Assembly (NCBI GenBank): GCA_030704615.1 | Contig: CM060733.1 | Location: 70,742,001-70,806,000, forward strand | Source: Takakia lepidozioides | Lineage: Eukaryota > Plantae > Bryophyta | Length of the DNA: 64,000 bases | Direction: 5' to 3' | In this document: in pieces, positions 14,001 through 27,200 of the stretch | How positions within the stretch are numbered: the stretch's first letter is position 1 | How the letters are laid out: every line of letters starts with the position of its first letter | The notes under the pieces: model-generated | Seen by the model: the letters and a program-made list of their open reading frames with translations, nothing else | The model's database searches: none | Told to the model about the DNA's origin: nothing | Translations under genes and position numbers: made by a program

Positions 14001-16110
14001 AACCTCATCTGTCAATGGGTGTATTGGCCGTTCACCCATGACAGGATTTTATTTCTTCGCAATGAACAAAATTGGATGACATGTGAACGCCTCATTGGCC
14101 TATTGAACAAATTTAGATTAATTTCATATTACTCTGGGACCTGTTAGATGGTACATTGAACATACTGGCTAATTCTCGAAGCGAATGAAAATCATTTGGA
14201 TAGGCATCCATCCGTTCAACCGTTGGATGAATTTCGTTTGATGTGCTATTACTCTGGGACCTGTTAGACGACGTTTCGGACGCACATGAATTTTTTTTCA
14301 TTCCGGTTTTTCAGCCATGTCTAATGACGGCATATGCAACGTGCGTGCCAAATTTCATAGCGAACAAAAATCATTAAGACCCAAAACCACAGTTTCTTCC
14401 CTAATTTGCACTCCAAATTTAATTTGACTTTTACTTCATGCAGTCTTCATAGAGAGTTTAGCAATAGCGAGTGAAGATAACACTTTTAGAAATTTTCATT
14501 TTTGTTTGGTCCAAATTTTTGTAAGGATGTAGCGCTGGGAGGGTTGAAGCCGGAGCACAAGATTGAGCAAAAAAAAAAACCGTTACGTAGCAGAAAACCC
14601 CAATCAAAGACAATGTAAACCTATTTATTTGCTTGAAATTTATTTAAACGTAATTTAATTGAAAATTGGTGGAAGGGCGAGGGGCGTGGTTGGGGAGGCA
14701 AATGTTTGTTTCTTCTATTGGTTCTCCGCACATGTGTTGCACACATAATCAAGCACATGCGGGTAAAAGATAGGCCTCAACATCATCCGTTCAATGGATG
14801 CATTGGCCGTGCACCAATGACAGAATTTTTTTCTTCGTAATGAACAAAATTGGATGACACATGAACGCCTCATTGGCCCATTGAATGAATTTCGATTGAT
14901 TTCATATTACTCTGGGACCTGTTAGATGGTACATTGGACGTACTAGCCAAGTCTCGAAGCGAACAAAAATCATTTGGATAGGCAACCATCCGTTGGTCCA
15001 TTGGACGAATTTTGTTGCATCTCATATTACTCTGGGATCTCTTAGATAGTACATTGAGCACACTGGCAAAGTCTGAAAGCGAACCAAAATCATTCGGATG
15101 GGCATCCGTTCAGCCATCGAATGAATTTTGATTGATCTCATATTAGTCCGGGACCTGTGAGAGGGTGTACCAAACGTACTGACAAAGTTTGAAAGCAACC
15201 AAAAATGATTTGGATGGGCAACCATCCGTTCAACCGTTGGATGAATTTTGTTTGATGTGCTATTACTCTGGGACCTGTTTTACGACATTTCAGGCGCACA
15301 TGATTTTTTTTTTCATTCCATTTTTTAGCCATATGTCTAATGACGGCATATGCAACGTGCGTGCCAAAATTCACAGCGAACAAAGATCATTAGGACCCAA
15401 AACCACAGTTTCTTCCCTAATTTGCACTCCAAACTTGATTTGACTTCTATTTCATTTAGATGGTACATTGAACACACTGACAAAGTCTAAAAGCGAACCA
15501 AAATCATTTGGATGGGCAACCATCTGTTCAACCATCGAATGAATTTCGTTTCATCTCATATTAGTCCAGACCTGATACATGGTATGTTGAACATAGTGGC
15601 AAAGTTTGAAAGCAAACAAAAATTATTTAGATGGTCAACCATTCGACCGCCATTCTTTTTTGCAATGAGCAAAACTTCATGATAGGTGAACGCGCCGTTG
15701 GCCCATTGAACGAATTTTGTTTCATCTTATATTACTTAGGGACCTGTGAGACGGTATACTGAAGACGCTGCGGAAGTTTCGAAGCAAACCATAATCATTT
15801 GGATGGGCATCCATCCGTTGGCCCATCAAACAAATTTCGTTTCATCTCATATTACACTGAGACCCGTCTTATGGTATGTTGAACATACTGGCAAAGTTTG
15901 AAAACAAACCAAACTCATCTGGATGGGCAACCATCCGTTGGGCCATTGAACGAATTTCGATTCATGTCATACTCGTACGAGACCTGTGAGACGGCGTACC
16001 GAAAATACTGGTAAAGTTTGAAAGGAAACAAAAATCATTCAAATGACCAACCATCCGTTGTCCAATCGAATGAATTTCGTTTCATCTCGTATGACTCCTG
16101 GACTTGTTGG
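11070..16110. repeat. Higher-order tandem repeat: ~1.01 kb units built partly from ~115 bp subrepeats
   Basis: Marker atgtctaatgacgg at 11512, 12525, 13541, 14317 and 15333 (periods 1013, 1016, 776, 1016); subunit tcatattactctgggacct...caaccatccgtt. Confidence 0.92.
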
Positions 16111-16490
16111 GATAAGCCACACGGTGACAACGACAATTGGAGATCGAAGGGAGGGCCTTCGCACGCCAGGGCGGCACCCGGTGCTCCGAAAGGAAAAATA
16201 GGTCCGACGGCACATGGCGGGCAGAAGGCGACCTTTGATGGGGTATACTTTAACTGCGGGGAGACTAGGCACATGGCCAAAAGTGTCCGACACCCCGACA
16301 GTTGAACATGACAACGGCGACCACGGAACTTTTCAAAGACTCCATCAACCGCTTGGTGGAGGCAGTGGTCGCCAAGACTTTGCAAGGTAGACGACTACAC
16401 GTGTGAGTTGTTCCAGGAGGCTGAAGCATCACGTATCGGAAGCCGCTTCATGTTCATAAGTAGCAAAATTTTCGGAACTATTGTGTCGTT
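16110..16490 (+). pseudogene. Diverged gag/zinc-knuckle fragment of the same Galadriel-like family
   Basis: WRSKGGPSHARAAPGAPKGK...GQKATFDGVYFNCGETRHMAK aligns to 2060-2440. Confidence 0.85.
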
Positions 16491-16494
16491 GTCG

Positions 16495-18072
16495 TATAGG
16501 CGGTCGCTTCATTTTGAAATAAAATAAAAAAGAGCGATCGCTATTGGGCGGTCGCATCATCTTTTATAAATACCAAAAAGAGCGACCACCATATGGTGGT
16601 CGTTTCATTTAAAACAAATACCTAAAAGAGCGACCGCCGTATTGGCGGTCGCTTCATTTAAAAAAAAAAAAAAAGAACGACCGCCATAGGATAGTCGCTT
16701 CACTTTTTAGAAAAACTTAACAGGGCGGTCGCTTCATTTTTTTTTTAAAACGAAAAAGAGAGACAGCCATAAGGCGGTCGCTTCCCTTTTTTTAATTTTT
16801 TTATAAAAGAAATTGAAAAAAAAACGTAAACGAGCGACCGCCGAATTGGCGGTCACCTCAGTTTCTTAAGAAGTGAAGAAGAGCGACCGCTGTATGGCGG
16901 TCGCTACAGTTTTTTTTTTAAAAATAACAAATAAAATAAAATAATTAAAAATAAATTTATTTTAAAATATTTTTTAAAGAGCGACCGCCGTAATCGCGGT
17001 CCCTTAAAAATCGAAAAAGAGCCACTGCCATACGGCAGTCGCTTCATTTTTTCTTTAAGAAAACTTCATTTTTTAATATATTAAAAATTTTATTTTTAAG
17101 GAAAAAAACCTTTAGGAGCGACCGCCGTATTGGTGGTCGCTTCAGTTTTTTTAAAAGCGAAAAAGAGCGACCGCCATCGGGAGGTCGCTCTATTTTTTTA
17201 AGAAATAAAAAAATTATTTTTATTTTATTTTATTTTTAAATTAAAAAACAAATTAAAGGAGCGACCGCTGTATTGGCGGTCGCTTCACTTTCTTAAAAAG
17301 CGAAGAAGAGCGACCGCCGTATGGCAGTCGCTTCATTTTTTTAAACTAAGAAAAAACTTATTTTAAAATTTTTTTATTTTTTTTTTTATTAAAAAAACAT
17401 TTTCTTTAAGAATCGACCGCCGTATTGTTGGTCGCTTCAGTTTTTTAGAAAGCGAAAAAGAGCGACCCCCATATGGCGGTCGCTTCATTTTTAAAATAAA
17501 TAAACGAAAATGAGCGACCACCGTAGTGACAGTCGCTTCATTTAAAAAGAAAAAAAAAAACGACCGCCGTAGTTGCAGTCGCTTCATTTAAATTTCTTAA
17601 GAAAAAAGAGCCACTACCGCTACATGGCGGCCGCTAAATTAAAAAAAACAAAACGAGCGACCGACATTTGGCGGTCGCTGCATTTTAATTTTTTTTTTAA
17701 TAAAAACGACAGTTTGGCGGTCGAATCAAAATAAAATTATGTGACAGCCTGCGAATGGCGGTCGCTGTATTTTTTAAAATATTTTTAAAACTGCGAGCGA
17801 CTGCCAATCTGGGCAGTCGCTTAATTTTTAAAACTAATAATTTTCAAGTGACCGCCAATATAGGCCGTCGCTTAATTTAAAATATAACAAATTGCAAGCG
17901 ACCGCCAATATGGGCGGTCGCTCCATTTAAAACTTCATAAATTGCCGGCAACCGCCAATATAGGCGGTCGCTTAATTTAATAAAATATTAAATTACAAGC
18001 GACCGCCAATATGGGTGGTCGCTTGATTTAAAAAATAATAACTTTTAAGCGTCCGCATTTTTGGGCGGACGT
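16495..18072. repeat. Array of ~28-30 GC-rich hairpins in A/T-homopolymer spacers (probable DNA-transposon subterminal/foldback array)
   Basis: Consensus GAGCGACCGCC(N4-5)GGCGGTCGCT, minimum spacing ~48 bp. Confidence 0.88.
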
Positions 18073-18329
18073 ATTTTTTAAATAAATTAATTAATTTTAA
18101 TAATTGGCCACGTCTGTTTTACACCGTGGCTGCCATGTCATTACAAAGGGTAGAAGTAAATCGTAAAAGTCAAAAAAAAAAATTTGGGTAAACGCACGGA
18201 TTCGACGTGACGTCTGATGTGTCCGGGCTACGTCACGTCAAGAATGATAACTATGATCTAAATTCTTACGTGCTTTACCAGCGATTCCTAGATAACTCGC
18301 AAATTGCCCTGCTTTGGCAGTACAATGCC

Positions 18330-18772
18330 TAAACTGTCTGCCTTAAGATCAAAAACGATTTGAAAAGAAATTTGTACCAATATATGCATCTACAACTGTA
18401 CAATTGAATTTGATGCGACGTATAATCTAGAGGTTGGTCTGCATTTCCTTCTTCTTCCACATCGTCGTTTCCATCCGCCTTTCCTCCTTCTTCCACCTCG
18501 TCGTTTCCATCGAACCGTATGATGTCCTGCCTCTGACGTATATACAAGTCTGGGATAGTTTGTCAATCCACCGGTCGCAATAAAATCAACTCTGTGTACA
18601 ACATGGCCACAAATAGATACGGGACCTTATTGTTGACGAGCGGTTGACCCCACAATGTTGTATGTACCTCCTCTGCCCTGTGGCGGAAATGCGGGTTGGC
18701 ACAGGAATGCAAACTAGCTTGATTTTGTTTGGTTTGTGGATCATCTGTCGAGTAGGGGTAAGCCAAAGCCAT
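18330..18772 (-). pseudogene. Degenerate ORF remnant of unknown function, possibly a transposon accessory gene
   Basis: VPYLFVAMLYTELILLRPVD*QT followed by an acidic tail; lies next to the hairpin array. Confidence 0.3.
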
Positions 18773-20398
18773 AAATGGCGGAGGAGGAAGATAGATGATG
18801 TCATCCCAGGGATGACGAAACAGGTCTCCGCAGCCGGACCTTCAACGTCTGAGGTGAAGGGGGGCGAAGTACACTGTCCGTTGGAGGAATAGTTGGCCGC
18901 ACATGAACAACACATCAAAGACCTGCAGGACATTGTTCATTTGCAACGGTGACAAATAGCGAAGTTGCTGGAAAGAATGGGGTTGGGGACTCTCGACAGC
19001 GTACGCGGTGTGCTTCAGGACCCAAGGCCAATCACTAACGATCAAGACATATTGGTGCGTTTGAATATGTCACCAATGGACATTGACCGTGTCATCGACG
19101 GGGTTGACTCAATCGGGCATGAGAATGAAGTGCAAACGTCTGAACTGGACCCGGCGAGGGTTGAGGAAGAAAGACAATAAATTTGGAAGAGCATTACTGG
19201 ATAATGAAATTTTGCAAGAAGAAAATCAACTCTTATACATGAAGGTGCAATTTCTTGATGATCAAGTTGTCACTCTCTTATCTGAGAAAGTAAGTTTTGA
19301 GCAAGATAATGCAATGGCTGTTCAACAATGTAACGAAATTGTTTTGGAGGTCGTGCAAATAAGGGACCAATTCACTCAATTGAGGAATTTGCAAGATAAC
19401 ACAATTTTTGAGGCAAAGCTAAATTCTTGCAATTATCAAAAATCGCAAATTTCTTTGAAGGAGATCAATTTGGATGTGTGTTTAAATTTTGATACATTGA
19501 AGGTCACTGAGGAAAAATCAAGTTGGAAAAGTGATTGTGACAAATTGCTTCAATTGTGCTTACAAACAACAATGCAAGTGTATTATCATGGAGGTGATGA
19601 TATTTCATTTCTTTTGAAATTGATACAATTGTGAAAGTCATGACCACAAAGAAGACCAAGAAAATGGTTAATAATTATCCTATGATTGAAGAACAATTGG
19701 ACCTTTTGGATAGATATGAGACTAATATTGCCAAAGTGATGATAGTAAATAATTTACAACCAATTGATCTATCTAAGAGCATCATTGATTGTGATGGACT
19801 ATGTGTTATAAATCAGCCAAAAAAGTTGGAAGCTGATTTTTTCCAACAGACTTTCATTATGAGACTTTTTCCAAGAGTTTCTAATTTCTTTTTACAGATG
19901 GTATTTCAATTTGGAAAATTGAGAACCAAGATAATTTGGACAATTATAAAGTTTCAATGGGAAATCGAGATTTTGGTGGACTATCCGAGTCTATTGGATG
20001 CACAATTGGTGAAGCAACCCGATCCATCGATTGGGCAATTGAAGAAAGAGCTTAGCTGGTTTCATGTATGCGGTACATTTCCAATTTCGAATAATGATCA
20101 ACAAAAGGTTCACAGTTTTGGATTAGCTGTGATAATACAATCAACAAATGGTGATACGGTCTTCTCTGAAAACAATTGGATTCCTAGTTTACAATATCAT
20201 GAAATTGCCTCGGAGTTCATCTCAACATTTAAGAAGGAGCTTGGTGCTAAACATTCCTTCGATCTTATATCGCTAATTCCTTTAGGAGATAATCCAATTA
20301 AAAAACTTTTAAAATATCTTCATATAAGACATTTTATAAATTGGCAACGATGGAGCTCAAGAATTTGGGATCCTGGAAGGAAGTGTTTTTTAGTGTAA
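18773..20398 (+). pseudogene. Degenerate extra ORF(s) in the 3' internal region of an Athila-like LTR element
   Basis: Coiled-coil-like 183 aa and 255 aa pieces ending IWDPG, upstream of the PPT and LTR at 20830. Confidence 0.4.
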
Positions 20399-20829
20399 GG
20401 ATTTCAAGTCGTGCTTAATATATAAGCATAGGACAACATATCCCACAATACATCTGCAAAAGGTGATTTGTTTGCGAGGACGCAAACAGATAAGTATGGG
20501 AGTATGTCATGTATTCATGTATGTAATGGTGAAGAAGCTTGAGGGGATGTAGTGCATAAGAAAAATAGAGTGATTCTACAGGAGGATATAGTTTGAAATA
20601 GGAGTGGGGCTCTTTATTAGTTTCTTCTGAAGTTATTATCAGCAATTTTTTTAATCTTAAATAAAATGGTGGAGACATTATGATGAAGGAAGAAGACATG
20701 TTCATGGCTGAGAAACTTGTGATTGTCAAGACGATGAAGTGGAGGAACCACCTGCCAAGAAGATTATGACTTAGTTTTTCTTTAAGAGACAGTGTTTGCG
20801 GGGGCGCTGCACAACTAGGAGTAGGGCTA

Positions 20830-21482
20830 TGTAGAATAATAGAAAATTCTTTGTGGAATAGCCTTTAAAATTGGAGTGCAAATGAACAAGAAGTGGATGT
20901 GAAATTGCACTATGGGGTTCGATAATTTGATAGAATTGGATAGGATGCTAGAACGGAAGTAAATTCAGATAATGAGGATGATAATTGGTAGGAATGGGGT
21001 TATTAGAATAGATGTTAGCCCATTGAATCAGTATTAGGTAATTATGGTAGTTAGAGTATGACACTATGAGTTCAGCTGAATCGATGGATTCATGGTCATT
21101 TGAGCGAGAGTGCCGAGGCCCTAACACATGAGATGCTAGTTTGTCGTTTTCAGTAGCTTAAGTAAGAGATAAAAAGAATGTAGTAGTGTGATGAGACAAA
21201 GATTCTGATGAAAGACTCTCTAAACTTCATGTTAATGTGATGAGATGTTGGAGTTTAATGAGAAGAATTTTTTGTGAAAGAAAAAAATGAAGATCATTTG
21301 ATGAAGTGTGCAGATCAATACGAGAAGAATTTAATTGAGATGAATATTAAGACATTTATTGTTGGGAGACAGATATAGTGTTCTAATCACGACATAACAA
21401 TTCAATTGTGTGCTTTCCCCAACGAACGAACTCTAGACTGATTGATCCTTTTCTTTAGGGTTGATTATAGTTTTATCCTACA
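20830..21482 (+). repeat. 3' LTR of an Athila-like element
   Basis: TGTAGAATAA...TTATCCTACA termini; purine tract upstream; last ~80 bp match the reverse complement of 10594-10680. Confidence 0.75.
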
Positions 21483-24240
21483 CATGTGGTGCATGTCTTT
21501 GACATACACCTCGGCCTCCTCCCTTAGTTTGGGCCAGAAATACTCTTTCTTCAAGAATGTCGTGGTACGCTTGGCTCCGCCGTGGCCCGCAAGCGGGCCA
21601 TCATGGCATTTTCTCAAGAGACTATCTCTGAGCCCTCCCTTCGGTACGTAGAGGCGCTTTTGCTTATACCGGAGCAGTCCTTTATGCAAGTGGAACTGCG
21701 ACTTCACCCCTAGCCTCAAGTCCCACAATATCGACATTGCGAACTCATCCTTTCGATAAGCCTTCCGAATTTTCCTCTGCAACACCGTCTACACCAACAT
21801 GAGCTGCTGCTTTCTACTGAGAGCATCGGCCACCACATTGTTCCGTCCCAGTTTGTACTGGATATCCACGTCGAACACTGCCAAAGTGTCTTACCACCTA
21901 ATTTGTTTTGGGGACAACTTAGGCTGTGTGGCAAAATACTTCACCGTGACATTGTCCGTGAACACCTTCTTACTTTCATAAGCCACTGGACGTCCATCCT
22001 GCATCAACACACCCCTAATGGCGAAGTTTGACGCATCCGGATGTCGTTCCCTCACAGTCGTTCCCTGTCAATGATAATTGTTCCCCATGTACTGTAACAG
22101 GCTGTGTCAAGCTGTGCCGAGCTGTGACTGGCTGTGCGAAGCTGTGTCAGGCTGTGTGAAGCTGTGTGAAGCTGTGACTGGCTGTGAAGCCTGTGTCGGG
22201 CTGTGTCAAGCTGTGTCGGGCTGTGATAGACTGTGACGGGCTGTGTGAAGCTCTGTCGGGCTGTGTAACCCCCCTAAAGCCTGCTCCTGCCACCCCTAAG
22301 GCTCCTGTTGGTCTCAGTTTGCGCAAAAATTAAGGGTACCCCACAGAACCCATAAAAGCGTCTAAGTCCCAAGCAGCCCTCTAACATTACCCCTCCCCCT
22401 CTCAAAAAGCCGTGTCCTCACGGTTTACTGTTTGGGATTAGCAAACCTTTGTGAGCGAGCACCCTTCTGACGGTGAGAGTCTTGTGAAGAACTCCGTGTG
22501 CGAGCTCGAGTCGTGTCACTGGCTGATGGAGATGATTGAGCACTACCTGCAAATGTCTGACCCTCCTTTGGCTGATAACGAGGTAACCTCTCAGGCATAG
22601 GATCTCGAATGGACGGTCAAACTCCGGGATCTTCAAGACCGGAGCTTCCGCCATCCTGCTGCTTCAACTAGGCAAAAGCTTGGCCACAAAAGGTGTTCCA
22701 TACCCATACCTTGGACTCACACAGAAGGTCTGACAGCGGCCCCGTGATCTTGGCAAAATTTCTCACATACTTTCGGTAATTGGAGGCGAGTCCTAGGAAG
22801 GATCGCACTCCCGGGACCGAAGTCAGAGGTTCCCAGTCCAAGATCGCCCTCACTTTTCTGTCATCCATTTTGATCCCATCCTATGTAATCACATGCCCTA
22901 AGAACTCGACTTTTGTGACCCCAAATTCGCACTTTGAAGCTTTAGCATACAGCTTCCCTTCCCGCAGTTTCTGGAACACCCTTTTGAGGTGCTCCAGGTG
23001 CTCTTCCTTTGTTTTTGAGTACACCAAGATGTTGTCGATGTACACGATCACAAAGTCATCCAACCACTCCTGAAAGAGGCAGTTCATCAGGGTGCTAAAG
23101 GTTGCTGGCGCGTTGGTGAGCCCAAAAAGCATCACCAAAAATTCGTATGAGCCATACATTGTCCTGCAAGCTGTCTTTTCTTCATCTCCTTCCGCTATCC
23201 GGATCTGGTGGTAACCCGAGCGTAAATCGATCCGGCTGAAATACTTTGCTCCTGCCAACCGATCGAAGAGGTCGTCGATCCTTGGCAAAGGATACCGGTT
23301 TTTTATAGTCACCTTATTCAGAGCCCTGTAATCGACATACATCCACAACGTCCCATCCTTCTTATCTGCGAATAGTACCGGAGCTCCGTAAGGTGACTTA
23401 CTCGGCCGGATGTATTAGATCCTTGAGCTGGGCCTTCAACTCGACCAACTCTCTGTGGCTCAGCCGGTAGGGCGCCTTGGTAGGCGGCTCCGATCCCGAC
23501 ATTACCTCTATCTTGTGGTCAACTCCTCTTCGCGGTGGCAAGCCGCTTGGTAAATCCTCCGGCATCACATCCTGGCATTTCTCCGGGATCCCCTTGATCC
23601 AATCTGGGCTCGGCTCCCTATTGACTTCTCCTTCCACTTGTCTCACGTAAAGCAAAAATTGGGGCTCATGTGGCTCCTCCACGGCCCACTCCTTTGCTGT
23701 CAGCACGTTTATTCGCCCTCCCACTCGGTTGGGCGTTTCCGACATCCGTAAAACCTTGCTACCATTCCCACACGGTAGCGTGACTATTCTCTTGCGGCCA
23801 TCTATGACCGCTCCGGATTTGCTCAAAAAGGTCATCCCCAAAATGAGATCCACTCCATCGACCTCGGAAATGGTGAAGTTCTCATGTCCCTCCCAACTCC
23901 CCAGCTGAAGAGGAACATAAAGGAGTGCAACGCTCTTGTGTCCACCAATAATGACACGTTAGTTTCGGCAATTATCCCGCTCACGAACATTAACTGACTC
24001 CCTTTACGCAAGGCTCCAGTCTCTTGATACAACTCTCAAGAGTAGTTGTCTACCTTGCAAGTCTTGGCGACCACCGCTCCACCAAGCGGCTGATGCAATC
24101 TTCAGACAACTCCGTGGTCGCCCGAGTCATGTTCAATTGTCGGGGTTTCGCGCACTTCTTGGCCATGTGCCCGGGCTCCCCGCAATTAAAGCACACTCCA
24201 TCGAAGGTCGCCTTCTGTCCGCTATATGTTGCCGCACCTG
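21483..24240 (-). mobile_element. Galadriel-like copy B internal region (gag end, PR, RT, RH, start of IN), degenerate
   Basis: Reverse-complement match to 2150-4580; RT motif mutated to YIDN; stops and deletions. Confidence 0.92.
22042..22598 (-). mobile_element. 3' fragment of a different Gypsy element (345 bp LTR 22042-22386 plus PPT) nested in the RNase H of copy B
   Basis: Minus strand GAGAGGGGGAGGGGTAA-TGTTAG...CGACA; the LTR holds a 10-bp minisatellite GCTGTGNNNN (~22100-22266). Confidence 0.65.
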
Positions 24241-27200
24241 GTAGCTTAGTGGGACTTAGTGAGGGTGGCATAGGACTCACCATGGGGCGGAGACCTTGTG
24301 GTAGGAGTCGTGGGGAGTCTTGGGACTCATCACGGTCCATTGGGGCTGTGGTGGGTGGGCCAAGACTCACCGCGACTCACCACCGGGAATGGAGGGTCTT
24401 CGTGGTGGTTCGCCATAAAAGGATGGTGTTGTTTGTGAAACCCCCGTGGACAGTCACAGAAGTATATATAGGGAGTAGTAACCCCGCAAGCCCGTTGGTG
24501 ACCAAAAACTAGTGAGTAAGCGTGCGAGCCGGAAAGCGACCAAGGTGTAGGGAGCTATTCCGGACTGCCAACAACCAAAGGGAATTTCTACTAGGCCCAA
24601 ATTGAGAGAGGGTCTTGTGGAGGAGTAAAGGGGGACCGTTATGTCCCGGTGAGCAGCCGAAGCTTCGAGTTGGCCAGGCGGCCAATTTGGGAGTTAGGCG
24701 CGCGCATCAAAGCGAGTAACTATGACTTGAAGGGGAGCTTACCGAAGTGAGGTGTGCGACACTTGGTATCAGAGCTCAGAGTTCAGTACGCGATCGTCGT
24801 TGAGATCGGCCTCATCATGGGGTCGGGCAAGCCAAAGCGAAAACGGAACGGCCCGAAAGATGATGATCCTGGTGGGCCCGGTGGAGGCGACGTGTCACCG
24901 AAGAGGCAATTTGAGGAGGCGATTCATGCTTTTGAAAGCGAGGACGCTCAAGAATGGGAGGAATCTGGGCCCAAGGACTTCCCGGAGGCTCCGGCGGACC
25001 AACAGATGCCTCCCATCCAGCAGCCTTTTGGGAAGGGTTGTTGGCGCAGTTTGGCGGGACGTTGAAAGACGTGTTGAGGGCGGCTAATGCCACTTCCACT
25101 AAGGCAAAGTTTAAGGTAAAGCCTAAGGAACCCAGCACCTTCGAGGGCGTCCGAAATCAGAAGGCACTCAACACCTGGCTCTTGGAGCTGGAGCAATACT
25201 TTCGGGCGGCCAAGTTGAGTGACGAGGATCGGGTGGAAGTGGCTCCCACCTATTTGAAGGGCTATGCTCAACAATGGTGGCAGAAACGCCTTCATGACCA
25301 AAGTCCAAACCCAGAAACCTTGAGTTGGAGTGGGTTCAAGGAACTTATGAAAAGAGAGTTTGTGCCCCTCAACGCGTCCTGGCTCGCCCGGGACAAACTG
25401 AGGAATTTGAAGCAAACGGATGACATTCGGGGATATGTTCAGGCTTTCAATGTGTTGTTGCTCAAAGTCGCGGATATGGCGGAACCAGAAATGGTCTTCA
25501 ACTTTGTGGCGGGACTGGCCCCGTGGGCCAGACGGAAGTTGGAGGAAAAGCCACCTAAGACTTTGAACAAGGCAATTGAAAGGGCTGAATGTTTCTCGGA
25601 TGTCCCTAGGGGCGAAAGACAAGGCTGTATGGAGCTGAACCACAAGAAGACTCGGCGGGAGGATGACTCCTTCCGACCGGAAAAGAAGTGGGATAGGCCA
25701 CGTGGCGACAATGGTACATGGAAATCGAAGGGAGGGCCTTCACACGTCAAGGCGGCACCCGGTGCTCCGAAAGGAAAATCAGGTGCGACGGCTTATAGCG
25801 GACAGAAGGCGACCTTCGATGGAGTGTGCTTTAATTGCGGGGAGCCCGGGCACATGGCTAAGAAGTGCGCAAAGCCCCGTCAATTGAACATGACTCGGGC
25901 GGCCACGGAGCTATCCGAAGATTCCATGAGCCGTTTGGTGGAAGTGGTGGTCGCCAAGACTTGCAAGGTAGGCAACTACTCTTGTGAGTTGTATCAGGAG
26001 ACTGGCCCCTTGCGTAAAGGGAGTCAGTTAATGTTCGTGAGTGGGATAATTTCCGGAACTAATGTGTCGTTGTTGGTGGACACAGGAGCGTCACACTCCT
26101 TCATGACACCGGCAGTGGCACGGAAGCTGGGGCTCCCGACAAGTGATGTGGGGGCCTCCATTGAAGTGCGTTCTGCCAAAGGAGAACCACAATTGGCGAC
26201 GAGGTTGGCGTTCGATGTTCCTCTTCAGCTCGGGAATTGGGAGGGACGTGAGAACTTCACCATTTGCGAGATCGATGGAGTGGATCTCATTTTGGGGATG
26301 ACCTTTTTGAGAAAATCCGGAGCGGTCATAGATGGCCGCAAGAGAATAGTCACGCTACCGTGTGGGAATGGTGACGAAGTTCTATGAGTGTCGGAAATGC
26401 CCAACCCAGTGGGAGGGCGAATAAACCTGCTATCAGCAAAGGAGTGGGCCGTGGAGGAGCCACACGAGCCCCATTTTTTGCTTTACGTAAGACAAGTGGA
26501 GGGAGAAGGCGATAGGGAGCCGAGCCCAGATTGGATCAAGGGGATCTTGGAGAAATACTAGGATGTGATGCCTGAGGATTTACTGAGCGGCTTGCCACCG
26601 CGAAGAGGAGTTGACCACAAGATTGAGGTGATACCGGGATCGGAGCCGCCTGCCAAGGCGCCCTACCGGTTGAGCCACAGAGAGTTGGTCGAGCTGAAGG
26701 CTCAGCTCAAGGATCTATGTCAAAGGGGTATATCCGGCCGAGTAAGTCACCCTATGGAGCCCCGGTGCTATTCGCAGACAAGAAGGATGGGACGTTGCGG
26801 ATGTGTGTCAATTATAGGACTCTGAATAAGGTGACTATCAAAAACCGATACCCTTTGCCAAGGATCAACGACCTCTTCGATCGATTGGCAGGAGCAAAGT
26901 ATTTCAGCCGGATCGAATTGCGCTCCGGCTACCATCAAATCCGAGTGGCGGAAGGAGATGAGGAGAAGACCGCGTGCAGGACAAGATATGGTTCATATGA
27001 GTTCTTGGTGATGCTTTTGGGCTCACCAATGCACCCGCGACCTTTAGCACGCTAATGAACAGCCTTTTTCAGGAGTGGTTGGATGACTTTGTGATCATGT
27101 ACATCGACAACATCTTGGTGTACTCGAAAACAAAGGAAGAGCACCTGGAGCACCTCAAAAGGGTGTTCCAGAAATTGCGGGAAGGGAAGCTGTATGCCAA

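Noticed and set aside
11209-15443. Recurrent short ORFs (MSNDGICNV..., MNFKQINRF...)
   Set aside because: They recur only because of the satellite; stops vary between units.
16495-18072. CRISPR-like repeat-spacer array
   Set aside because: Spacers are A/T homopolymers of variable length, repeats are degenerate, there are no cas genes, and the context is eukaryotic.
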